The translations under genes and the position numbers were made by a program. Shown here one piece after another: positions 9,640 to 18,038 of a DNA stretch of 64,000 nt. Below the pieces are notes generated by a model. The model made no database searches, was not told the origin of the DNA, and was given only the letters and a program-made list of their open reading frames with translations. Every line of letters begins with the position of its first letter. The first letter of the stretch is position 1. The stretch is taken from positions 481,094 to 545,093 of the forward strand of contig JAQUNI010000001.1 of assembly GCA_028717685.1 (NCBI GenBank), read 5' to 3'. The stretch comes from Patescibacteria group bacterium. Lineage in GTDB: Bacteria > Patescibacteriota > JAQUNI01.

Positions 9640-10122
9640 CAACCAAAACCTATTTACTGTTAGATAGGTTTGGCGGCTTCTAGTGGCAACACTAGAATGA
9701 AAAACTGACTCATATCGGTGAAATCCTAGTTGACAATTAACCTGTCGCATACTAGGATAATACCGAGGGAAGTCACGGCCGTACCTCACTATCGTTCGGT
9801 ACGGGCAAATTTTTAATTTTTAATTTTTAATTTTTAATCAATTTTCAATGATTTAATGCTTAAATTTTTAAACTCAATAGAATAGAGAGTTTAAAAATTG
9901 AGTCATTACAAAATTGGAATTTGTTTGAAAATTAGAAATTGAAAATTAGAAATTCCGCCTGAACGCAAGTGAAGTGCGGCTGGTGACCCCGTAGAGACTC
10001 AAGGATAAGAACAATCCTTGGATTTAATCTTTAAAAAAGATTAGATAATACGTCAGTGCTCCAAAAAATTATTTTGGAGTGTGGTATAGTCCATGCCTTG
10101 TGGCAACACGAGGAGAAACATG
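9640..10122 (+). other. putative ORF-less group I intron in 23S at the classical I-CreI-type site (AACGU^CGUGAGACAG, around E. coli 2593)
   Basis: 483 nt insertion splitting GGGTTCAAACCGT | CGTGAGACAGGTTGG; exon ends in U, intron ends in G; no LAGLIDADG/GIY-YIG ORF. Confidence 0.6.
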
Positions 10123-10648
10123 CGTGAGACAGGTTGGTCTCCTATCTGATACAGCCGCATAAAGTCTTGAGGGAGCCCATTTCCAGTACGAGAGGACCGA
10201 AATGGATAGACCTCTGGTGTACCAGTTATCTTACCAAAGGTAAACGCTGGGTAGCTACGTCTAGTTAGGATAAATGCTGAAAGCATATAAGCGTGAAGCC
10301 GTTCCCAAGATTAGGACTTTCCGCCGCAAGGCGGAGGATTTGGTCGGAGAAGACGACCTTGATAGGCTCTAGGTGTAAGTCCTGCAAGGGATTTAGCCGA
10401 GGAGTACTAATAGATCTATTTCAATCATCTTTTGACCCCGTTAGATAAATTTATTTTCAAAAAGCGCATAGACTAAACAAAGTTATAACCCAAAAATTGA
10501 ATTTGAGTTTTAACCTTTTTAGTCTTGCGTTGCACTAGTGTCTTCACAACAAAAATCGGCTTTTAAATTGGCAAGCGTGGTGGTGATGATTGCTGTCTTT
10601 ATTACGATCGTCTTTTTACTGACCCCTCCGGCGATCGGGATGAGGTAA

Positions 10649-10705
10649 ACCCCGTTAGAGAACCTCCTTCTCTAACTCCGTTTAGAAATTTATTTCCAGC
10701 AGGGG
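10649..10705. repeat. CCCCGTTAGA-family full copy in 23S-5S spacer
   Basis: accccgttagagaacctccttctctaactccgtttagaaatttatttccagcagggg. Confidence 0.7.
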
Positions 10706-10949
10706 CTAACGGTCTGCACTGACGATGATATTAAACCACCGCCAACTTTAAGCGGTAATGACCACCGATTAAAATCGGTAACTTTCTCTAACGGGGTAAA
10801 AAACCCCAAAAATCCTGAAAGAATTTTTGGGTGACCCCTGAAGAAAAGCCCCACAAAATTATAGATTTTATGGGGGACCCCTGAAAAACCCCAATCAATC
10901 CCTATAATCAACGGAGATCTGTGAGCTAGAATGAATTAACTAATAGCTC

Positions 10950-11066
10950 TTCGGTGATTCTAGCGGAGGGGTTCCACTTGTTCCCATTTCGAACACAAAA
11001 GTTAAGCCCTCCAGCGCCGATGGTAGTGCCTCCCACGGGAGGCGCAAGAGTAGGTCATTGCCGGAA
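10950..11066 (+). rRNA. rrf: 5S rRNA (boundaries approximate)
   Basis: Conserved 5S core ...CCACTTGTTCCCATTTCGAACACAAAAGTTAAGCCCTCCAGCGCCGATGGTAGT...GAGAGTAGG. Confidence 0.75.
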
Positions 11067-11072
11067 TTATCA

Positions 11073-11105
11073 AAAAAGACCTTGAATAGATTAAGGTCTT
11101 TTTTG
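11073..11105 (+). terminator. rho-independent terminator after 5S rRNA
   Basis: aaaaagacctt-gaatagat-taaggtctttttt: GC-containing stem followed by T-run. Confidence 0.7.
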
Positions 11106-11166
11106 ATTTTTCGGAAACAATAAAAAAGAGTATCCTTAATTCCCTCCGGGATACTCATAAACTTCT

Positions 11167-12087
11167 TCAATGTCTCTTAGATTTTGGTTTCCTTTTTATG
11201 CGTTGGCTGATAAACTCTGAATGATATTTTAATGGTTTCCCATAGCTAATCAAAGCTTCAACTAAATAACCTCCGGTGGTAATACTATTTTTATCACAGC
11301 CATTTTTAAAAGTACCAGGTCGCACTACTTGAATGCCATATTTTTTAAATGACCCCCGTCCATGACGGTGTCCGATTTGTAAAACTAAAACACTTACAGT
11401 CCAACTCCGCCCGTCTATGCTAACTTTTTTGCCATCTTTTAATACCTCTGATTGCAGGAAATCTCCAGCGCTTTTACCATTGGTTAAATGGACCATTATT
11501 ATCGCTGTACCAGCAATAATAACATTGCATTCCAGACTGTTCAGGTAATAAAAATTATGCATCCACTTTTCAAGCATAATCAGAGGATTGACTAGCCCTG
11601 CTTTCTCTACCGCTACCGTGTGATTACCTTTGTTCCCAATATATGTTAAAGGGTACACTGATAAAACATCACAAAGCCTTTTTGCTTGATCTATAGGGGC
11701 AAGGTACCGTAATTGGCTTTCCTGCCCCGGATACAAACCCTCTATTAAATCTCCACTGATAAAAACATATTTACAGCCCTCGTCCTGAGCCGTCCTCAAA
11801 AAATGGCGCAAGCCTGCTTCATCAAAAAATACTGACCCGCAATGCAAATCTGAAGCCGCACCCCATTTTAAGATACACTCTCCTTTTTCTGCTTCGCTAA
11901 TTACCAGAGAAGCACTGTCATCTTGCGCTGGTATATAGTATTTATCACCCCCATCGCTATCCTGCACACGAACTGGATAACCCAAAGCAGACATCTCCAA
12001 GATTTCTGATCCGGTTAGGTCCAACTCCTTGAGACTACAAGGATTATTAAACATTCTTTGCGCAGCCGATTCTATGGACACGGGCAT
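11167..12087 (-). CDS. calcineurin-like metallophosphoesterase
   Basis: Phosphoesterase signature blocks GDLIEG...GNKGNHT...GHRHG spread over 306 aa. Confidence 0.65.
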   Translation of the reverse strand: MPVSIESAAQRMFNNPCSLKELDLTGSEILEMSALGYPVRVQDSDGGDKYYIPAQDDSASLVISEAEKGECILKWGAASDLHCGSVFFDEAGLRHFLRTAQDEGCKYVFISGDLIEGLYPGQESQLRYLAPIDQAKRLCDVLSVYPLTYIGNKGNHTVAVEKAGLVNPLIMLEKWMHNFYYLNSLECNVIIAGTAIIMVHLTNGKSAGDFLQSEVLKDGKKVSIDGRSWTVSVLVLQIGHRHGRGSFKKYGIQVVRPGTFKNGCDKNSITTGGYLVEALISYGKPLKYHSEFISQRIKRKPKSKRH

Positions 12088-12381
12088 CCTCCTTAAAGCT
12101 CATGGAAAGAACATGCTTTAATAACTTTTTACATCTATGCGCCACATATCTCAAAAATAAACTATCCCAGTTAATATGTCAAACCTATTAGCCCCTCACC
12201 TAGAAAAGATAGAAATCGTGTAGGTGAAGGGTTTGACTTTACGACTTTAAAAAATTATGATGAGAGAGGAAGGGTCGCATAGTGGTCTAGTGCGGCGCAC
12301 TCGCCCCGAGATAAACTCGGGGCGCCACGGGTTTATCCCGTGGCGAAAAATTTATATGTTTATTATATAATATAATTCAAT

Positions 12382-12469
12382 GGAGAGGTGGCCGAGTGGC
12401 TTAAGGCGACGGTCTCGAACACCGTTTGGGTCTAAAAGCCCACGTGGGTTCAAATCCCACCCTCTCCGC
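12382..12469 (+). tRNA. tRNA-Ser (anticodon CGA), long variable arm
   Basis: Acceptor ggagagg/cctctcc, D-arm gccgagtggcttaaggc, anticodon stem acggt/accgt loop ctCGAac, long variable arm, T-arm gtggg-ttcaaat-cccac. Confidence 0.85.
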
Positions 12470-12476
12470 CTTCGGT

Positions 12477-12511
12477 CCGCCGAAGTCCGCCTCAGGCGGA
12501 CGAAGGCGACC
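12477..12511 (+). repeat. structured GC-rich repeat, copy 2, just 3' of tRNA-Ser
   Basis: ccgccgaagtccgcctcaggcggacgaaggcgacc; nested inverted repeats. Confidence 0.5.
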
Positions 12512-12565
12512 TTCGCCCGCCCTTAAGAAGCATTTATAAAAACTTAAAAATTAACAACAAGTATT

Positions 12566-12979
12566 ATGAAAATAGGAATAATCGGCTCAATGCAATTTAC
12601 CGAAAAAATGCTTGAGGTAAGAGAAAAACTGCGGGAATTGGGTCATGATGCTTTTCTCACAGATTCACATAAAGCAATGGTGGGTAAGACCGATGACGAG
12701 ATTGAAAAAATCAAGCTTCATCAAAAATACAATATGGACGCCATTCGTAAATTCTGGAAAATGATGCAGGGAGCTGACGCTGTTCTTATTTTGAATCTTG
12801 ATAAGAACGGCATCAAAAATTATATTGGGGGAAATACCTTAATGGAAATCGGTTTTGCCCATGTTCTGAATCAAAGAATCTTTATGTTAAACCCAATTCC
12901 CGAAATGCCATATTGCAAAACTGAAATTGAAGCTGTAAAGCCGATTATTCTTAATGGAGATTTAACAAAAATAAAGTAG
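12566..12979 (+). CDS. nucleoside 2-deoxyribosyltransferase-like / DNPH1 (Rcl)-like small hydrolase fold protein
   Basis: MKIGIIGSM N-terminus and C-terminal ADAVLILNLD....GGNTLMEIGFAHVLNQRIFML matching the NDT-family motif (DxxLA.LDG...GTxFEiGyA..lgKPv). Confidence 0.55.
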   Translation: MKIGIIGSMQFTEKMLEVREKLRELGHDAFLTDSHKAMVGKTDDEIEKIKLHQKYNMDAIRKFWKMMQGADAVLILNLDKNGIKNYIGGNTLMEIGFAHVLNQRIFMLNPIPEMPYCKTEIEAVKPIILNGDLTKIK

Positions 12980-12993
12980 GCAGTGAGGAAATG

Positions 12994-13024
12994 CTGGTTT
13001 AAGTGCGTATAATATTCAAGAATT
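12994..13024 (+). repeat. intergenic element 'X' (gtttaagYgcgtataatattcaagaatt), copy 1
   Basis: ctggtttaagtgcgtataatattcaagaatt; 29/31 identical to 14374-14404. Confidence 0.6.
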
Positions 13025-13109
13025 TGTATTCTTTATAAACACAACGCGTATAACAATGAGTTATGTAAAATTACCAATAAATTTACACTCTAAAATTTAA
13101 CATTATTTT

Positions 13110-13814
13110 ATGTCAGACAAAACTGAAGGGACATTTGTCCCAGAACAAGAAAAAAGGAGGGGTATAGAAGTCCTAAATTTGCCAGAAGTTAGAGTAAGCT
13201 CTGCTTCATTCGCTAGAATTCGTGATAGCCAAGGAAGATACGCGCTTCTTGTAAACAAAAATAGGGCAAAAAAGGGAGACATCTTACTAACTCCGATTGG
13301 TGGCGCAATTGAAACCACTGAAGAAGGTTTACAAACCCTTCAACAACTTCTTGAAATTGAAAAAATTGCGTTTGAAAAAGGAAATGATTTACGCTTCCGT
13401 ATGCCAGGAAAAAAAGCCAATGAATTTAGGGCATGGTTTCTTCAAAGACAACAGAGAGAGACGAACCCAATAAGAGAAGTTGTTGAAGAACTTGTTGATG
13501 AGGCAGAGCTATTAAAAAGAGAAGATCTTGGTGAGCTTCAGTGTGGCTTGGTCGGCTTTGATGCTGAGCTGGAGGAAACAACACGTATAGGGCAAGAAGG
13601 GCAAATGACCCTGCGCTTGTTGGAAATATTTGAGGCAGGATTAAAAGCTGAAATTATAACTAAATTAGAAGAATTATCTAATCAACCAAACGCAGTTATC
13701 TATTTTGTAACCGCCGAAGAAATACAAGCTGGACAAACTAATGATGGAATTAAGATTAGTAAATCATCCAACTCTCTGCTGAATCCAAAAAAAACGATAG
13801 AACCGTTCATATAA
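13110..13814 (+). CDS. hypothetical protein; possible Nudix-fold with degenerate Nudix box
   Basis: YALLVNK...DILLTPIGGAIETTEEGLQTLQQLLEIEKIAF resembles the Nudix box (GX5EX7REUXEEXGU) but RE and one E of EE are replaced; low confidence. Confidence 0.3.
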   Translation: MSDKTEGTFVPEQEKRRGIEVLNLPEVRVSSASFARIRDSQGRYALLVNKNRAKKGDILLTPIGGAIETTEEGLQTLQQLLEIEKIAFEKGNDLRFRMPGKKANEFRAWFLQRQQRETNPIREVVEELVDEAELLKREDLGELQCGLVGFDAELEETTRIGQEGQMTLRLLEIFEAGLKAEIITKLEELSNQPNAVIYFVTAEEIQAGQTNDGIKISKSSNSLLNPKKTIEPFI

Positions 13815-13842
13815 ATTTATTGGCAACATTACATAACAGCAT

Positions 13843-13912
13843 ATATCTGGCTCGCTCCCTGCAGTCAATTGACTCATATTCACTTCAGGTGGACATCAGA
13901 TATACACAAACG
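13843..13912 (+). repeat. conserved about 70 nt intergenic element 'Y', copy A
   Basis: tatatctggctcgctccctgcagtcaattgactcatattcacttcaggtggacatcagatatacacaaacg; related copies at 14916-14988 and 15838-15906. Confidence 0.6.
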
Positions 13913-14012
13913 TTGAATAAAATACCACTTACATTTCAAGGGGTGGAATTCAAATTGATGATAAATTTATAAAATCGCATTAGAAAATTATTAACTACTA
14001 ACGAAAAAACAA

Positions 14013-14351
14013 ATGGAAAACTTGGAACAAGAGAGTGGAGATATTCATACCAAAGAAGTTGAGAGGAACAATATTGATATCGAAGAAATCAAAAGGTTTT
14101 ATGATGTGATAGGCACCAAAATGCGTAATTTCACAAGACCATCCGGAAAACTGAATGTGGAAGCCTATGGAAGATTTATGGATTTTATGGATAAATTGGA
14201 AGAGAAATACGGGAAAGAAGAATTACGAAAATATGCGGCATGGCAGGCGGCAAGCGGCAGCAGTATTTTAGAGGACGAATTTATTGACATCACGGGGCTT
14301 GATCTTCCGGGTGAAGATTCCATAGAGAATTTTTTTGACTCACAAAAATGA
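14013..14351 (+). CDS. hypothetical acidic protein (paralog 1 of tandem pair)
   Basis: 112 aa, MENLEQESG...; about 55% identical to the downstream gene, with duplicated 5' leader. Confidence 0.5.
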   Translation: MENLEQESGDIHTKEVERNNIDIEEIKRFYDVIGTKMRNFTRPSGKLNVEAYGRFMDFMDKLEEKYGKEELRKYAAWQAASGSSILEDEFIDITGLDLPGEDSIENFFDSQK

Positions 14352-14373
14352 GCTGTCCGCCAATTAGGGAACG

Positions 14374-14404
14374 CCAGTTTAAGCGCGTATAATATTCAAG
14401 AATT
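14374..14404 (+). repeat. intergenic element 'X', copy 2
   Basis: ccagtttaagcgcgtataatattcaagaatt. Confidence 0.6.
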
Positions 14405-14513
14405 AAGATTTTTTCAGAAAACAATTCATATAAGAACGAGTTAAACGAAATTTTGCTCAACAAATATTTTTTATTTTTTATTAAAAAATTATTAACTACT
14501 AACGAAAAAACAA

Positions 14514-14852
14514 ATGGAAAACTTGGAACAAGAGAGTGGAAATATCTATACCGAAAAAATTGAGAGGAACAATATTGATATCGAAGAAATCAAAAGGTTT
14601 TATGATATGATAAGAACCAAAATGGAGAATGCCATAAGTCCATCCGGAGAACTGAGCGAGGAAGCCTGGGACAAACTTACGGATTTTATTCAACAATTGA
14701 AAAACAAATACGGGCAAGAAGAATTACAAAAATGCGCGGCATTCCATGCGGCAACCGGCAGTGGTATTCCCGAGGGTAAATTGGTTGATATCACAAGGCT
14801 TGATTTTCCGGGCGGAGATTCCATAGAGGATTTTTTGGACTCGCAAAAATGA
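14514..14852 (+). CDS. hypothetical acidic protein (paralog 2 of tandem pair)
   Basis: 112 aa, same N-terminus (MENLEQESG.I.T...ERNNIDIEEIKRFYD) and C-terminus (DSIE.F.DSQK) as 14013-14351. Confidence 0.5.
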   Translation: MENLEQESGNIYTEKIERNNIDIEEIKRFYDMIRTKMENAISPSGELSEEAWDKLTDFIQQLKNKYGQEELQKCAAFHAATGSGIPEGKLVDITRLDFPGGDSIEDFLDSQK

Positions 14853-14915
14853 ACAGGCTCGGATAATATTTTTCCTATCGGCAAAATAAAACTTTTCATT
14901 ACATCCAGTGACAGT

Positions 14916-14988
14916 ATATATCTGGCTCGCTTATTATAGTCACTCGAATCATATCCACCTAAGGCGGACATCAGATACACGTACACGC
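14916..14988 (+). repeat. intergenic element 'Y', copy B
   Basis: tatatctggctcgcttattatagtcactcgaatcatatccacctaaggcggacatcagatacacgtacacg. Confidence 0.6.
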
Positions 14989-14995
14989 AAATATT

Positions 14996-15808
14996 GTGCG
15001 CAATCAACAACCTAAAATTATGGATCAAAGCATACTTACAGAATGTGGAAAATTTGCAACCGAGTTGGCGAAAAACGCAGGAAGTCTGATCAAAAAACAC
15101 TTTGAGCAAAAATTAAATAAGACCAAAAAGGATAAAGAAGAAAGGAATTTTGTCACAAGAGCAGACCTTGAGTCAGAGGAATTCATCATCAACAGTATCA
15201 AAAAGGAATTTCCTGACCATAATATCTTAGCCGAGGAATCTGGGTCTCTCACGTCTCTATCAGGGTTTATTTGGATAGTTGATCCTCTTGATGGAACAAC
15301 AAACTTTTCAAGAAATTTGCCATTTTTCACGATTTCTATCGCACTCGCAAAAAATGATCGGGTTATTCTAGGCATTGTATATCAACCAATCAATGACGAG
15401 TTGTTTTATGCTGAAAAGGGAAAGGGAGCGTTCCTGAATGCAAAAAGAATTATCGTATCTGAAAATCACTCCTTATCAAAATCAATAGTCTCTCAAAGCT
15501 TTGATTATTCTAATAAAAAGAGAAGAGACAATATCAAAAATATACAGAAAATCTTCTTTTTGATTGAAGGTTTCAGATTGCTTCATTCAACCGCGTTGGA
15601 ACTTTGTTATGTTGCATCGGGACGATATGATGGATATATGATCTCAAGCGCAAACCCATGGGACATTGCGGCTGGGGCATTAATCGTGGAAGAAGCTGGT
15701 GGATCTGTGACTAAATTTGATGGTACACAATGGGAATTGATGCGCCCAAGGATTGTTGCTACGAATGGATTAATTCACAAAGAACTTCTAAAGAAAATAA
15801 ATACCTAG
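14996..15808 (+). CDS. inositol monophosphatase family protein (SuhB/CysQ-like)
   Basis: IMPase motifs IWIVDPLDGTTNF and WDIAAGALIVEEAGG. Confidence 0.8.
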   Translation: MRNQQPKIMDQSILTECGKFATELAKNAGSLIKKHFEQKLNKTKKDKEERNFVTRADLESEEFIINSIKKEFPDHNILAEESGSLTSLSGFIWIVDPLDGTTNFSRNLPFFTISIALAKNDRVILGIVYQPINDELFYAEKGKGAFLNAKRIIVSENHSLSKSIVSQSFDYSNKKRRDNIKNIQKIFFLIEGFRLLHSTALELCYVASGRYDGYMISSANPWDIAAGALIVEEAGGSVTKFDGTQWELMRPRIVATNGLIHKELLKKINT

Positions 15809-15837
15809 CAAGGATTGACTGCGCCCAACAGCGACTA

Positions 15838-15906
15838 TGCGGTTTCGCTCCCTTGCAGTCGCTCCACCCACATTCACTTCAGGCGGACATCGGATATCCG
15901 CGAACG
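15838..15906 (+). repeat. intergenic element 'Y', copy C
   Basis: gcggtttcgctcccttgcagtcgctccacccacattcacttcaggcggacatcggatatccgcgaacg. Confidence 0.55.
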
Positions 15907-15997
15907 TTATTGGCGATCTTTCGGGCTTAAAGAAAGGAGATAAGAAAGATTTGTTATTCATTATTTAAATAACAATGTTAAAAACATCGGAGGGTAT

Positions 15998-17998
15998 ATG
16001 AAAAAAATTCTAATCTTATTCTGCGCTCTAGTGGCTATTTTTTGGGCTATCCCAGTAATTCCAGATGCCAAAGCCGAGGACTTACCGAGCGGGGTTATTC
16101 CTAAACTGCCCAAGACGGCGAATGACCCTATTCTTTCCGAAGGCAAAATTTATCCTTTTTGGGGACCAGTATGCCAAAGATACACTTATTCTGTAATTTA
16201 CAGCGATAAAGAAGGCAGGACGCCGGAATATGTTAAGATTTATTTCAACGGCAAAATGATAGATATGGAAAAAGCGGACGCGAACGATAATAATTACAAA
16301 AAAGGAGTGAAATATATTTACAAGAATGTTCCGAATAAATTTGGTTCTAATTTTTATTATTTTGAGGCTTCAAATGGACTGGGCAAGACGCGCGATTCAA
16401 TTATTGACTCGCCAGATAACGGACCAGTGCTTTTTGATGCTGATTTTAAAGAGAATGAAATTATTTTGATTGATCCTGAAAGTGGAAACCTAAAGTGGCG
16501 CTATCCAATTCAAGAAGAGTGGGTCGGCGGAGTCGCGCTGTCTGATGATGGCAGATACTTGGCGGCGCAAACTTCCAATCATATTTACTTTTTTGACACG
16601 GAAAAAAGTGAGCCTTCTTGGAGCTATCAAAGTCCGACCGGCGGCGCGATAGGCGGAGATGTTAAAGGCGGAGTAGCGATTTCCGCTCGCGGCGATAAAA
16701 TTTTTGCCGCTTTAAACGGTAAGGCGTTGATGTTTGATCAAAACTCTAATCAGCCTATCTGGACCTATAATTTAGGTAATAATGGCGGAGGCGCTTATGG
16801 CGTGGACATTGCTAAAAACGGTGCATACGCGGCAGTGGCAATGGCTGGTTCGGAAGAAGACCTAAATAGCAATGTTTTGATCTTATTTGACGCCAAGGAT
16901 AAAAAGTTATGGCAATATCATTCCGCGGGCAACTGGCATGAGGTTAATTTATCACAAGATGGTTCATATATTGCCGGATCAACAGGTTGTCCGGATCGAA
17001 GGGGTTATCTTTTTACTAAAGACTCGGCTGAACCAATAATCAAGTCTGAACCTTTATCTAAAGAATCGCCAATTGACGAAACGCGAATATCGGCAGATGG
17101 CAGTTTAATCGCTTTCGGGGTTGAGTCAGGTTATGGTGCGATTGTTTTAATGGACGCGCAAAAAAAGGAAATTTTATGGAAATATGAAACTTCCCAGGGA
17201 ACATCTGTACGCGCGTTAGCAATGGCACCTAGTGGAAACTTGATTGGCGCTGGCACTTTTGGCGGCGATATTTTAATTTTTGAAAAAAATTCAAATAAGC
17301 CGATTGAAAAATTAAAAATTAATTCCACAATCGGCGCTTTTGATATAACGGATGATGGATTACTTTTTGCGACTGGTTCGGCTGATAAGAAAATCCGGGT
17401 ATTTGAAAAGGGAGCTGGCAAAGCAAAAGCGGAAATTTCAGCGAATGAATACGTCGGAGAATTAGATATCGCGGCAAATGGAAAATATTTAGCCGCAGGC
17501 ACAAGCGGCGCGGTATATTTTTTTGAAACGATCAGGGATTTGGAAAATAAGGGAGTTTTTGCCTGCAAGGAAATTATAGAACCCAAAGCAGAAGACACTA
17601 CATTGTTCGGTGGACAAAATAGCGGGAATAATTTGGCGGACAGTGCAGATAATCAAGAAAAACCAGTGAAAAAAGAAACGTCTTCTTGGCTTACGCGGGG
17701 CGCGATAATTTTTGGAGGAATATTGATAATTGCGCTTTTTGGCTACATTTTGATTTGCCGCAAACGCGCGCGACCGCCCAAAAAGTTGATTATCATTTTA
17801 ATATCATTTTCAATAATACTGGCTTTGATAGTTGTTTTTTACTTTGGACAATGGAAAAATGTTGAATCTGATAAAAGCTTAGATCAAGGCCAAATTAAAA
17901 AAGAAGGGCAGGAAAATATCTGTGGAAATACTTTGTGCGAGCCCAATTTGGGGGAAACAAAGGAGAATTGCGCCAAAGACTGCTTAGGCGGGGAATAA
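15998..17998 (+). CDS. secreted beta-propeller (PQQ/BamB-like repeat) surface protein with C-terminal TM anchor; paralog A
   Basis: Signal peptide MKKILILFCALVAIFWAIPVIPDAKAED; repeated (Y/F)xFD...P(I/L)W.Y blades; two C-terminal hydrophobic helices; Cys-rich tail. Confidence 0.5.
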   Translation: MKKILILFCALVAIFWAIPVIPDAKAEDLPSGVIPKLPKTANDPILSEGKIYPFWGPVCQRYTYSVIYSDKEGRTPEYVKIYFNGKMIDMEKADANDNNYKKGVKYIYKNVPNKFGSNFYYFEASNGLGKTRDSIIDSPDNGPVLFDADFKENEIILIDPESGNLKWRYPIQEEWVGGVALSDDGRYLAAQTSNHIYFFDTEKSEPSWSYQSPTGGAIGGDVKGGVAISARGDKIFAALNGKALMFDQNSNQPIWTYNLGNNGGGAYGVDIAKNGAYAAVAMAGSEEDLNSNVLILFDAKDKKLWQYHSAGNWHEVNLSQDGSYIAGSTGCPDRRGYLFTKDSAEPIIKSEPLSKESPIDETRISADGSLIAFGVESGYGAIVLMDAQKKEILWKYETSQGTSVRALAMAPSGNLIGAGTFGGDILIFEKNSNKPIEKLKINSTIGAFDITDDGLLFATGSADKKIRVFEKGAGKAKAEISANEYVGELDIAANGKYLAAGTSGAVYFFETIRDLENKGVFACKEIIEPKAEDTTLFGGQNSGNNLADSADNQEKPVKKETSSWLTRGAIIFGGILIIALFGYILICRKRARPPKKLIIILISFSIILALIVVFYFGQWKNVESDKSLDQGQIKKEGQENICGNTLCEPNLGETKENCAKDCLGGE

Positions 17999-18038
17999 AT
18001 AGTCAATTAATTTTAAAAATAAAAACATCGGAGGTTAT

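Noticed and set aside
9157-10122. Homing-endonuclease (LAGLIDADG/GIY-YIG/HNH) ORFs inside the two 23S introns
   Set aside because: No ORF of 60 aa or more with such motifs in either insertion. The only listed ORFs (9230-9481, 10053-10286) are antisense and low-complexity.
12271-12345. Region resembling a tRNA 5' half (gggtcgcatagtggtctagtg) as a full tRNA or tRNA-Sec
   Set aside because: No complementary 3' acceptor strand, no 7-nt anticodon or T loops. It is kept only as a low-interest hairpin finding.
13851-13868. Sigma54-type -24/-12 match (TGGCTCGCTCCCTGCA, GG-N10-GC) inside element Y copy A
   Set aside because: Spacing is not preserved in copies B and C, and RpoN is generally absent from CPR lineages, so this is probably a chance match.
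14690-15375. Antisense ORFs 14690-15109 and 15025-15375 overlapping paralog 2 and the IMPase-family gene
   Set aside because: They are opposite strong sense-strand genes with clear motifs and have low-complexity composition.
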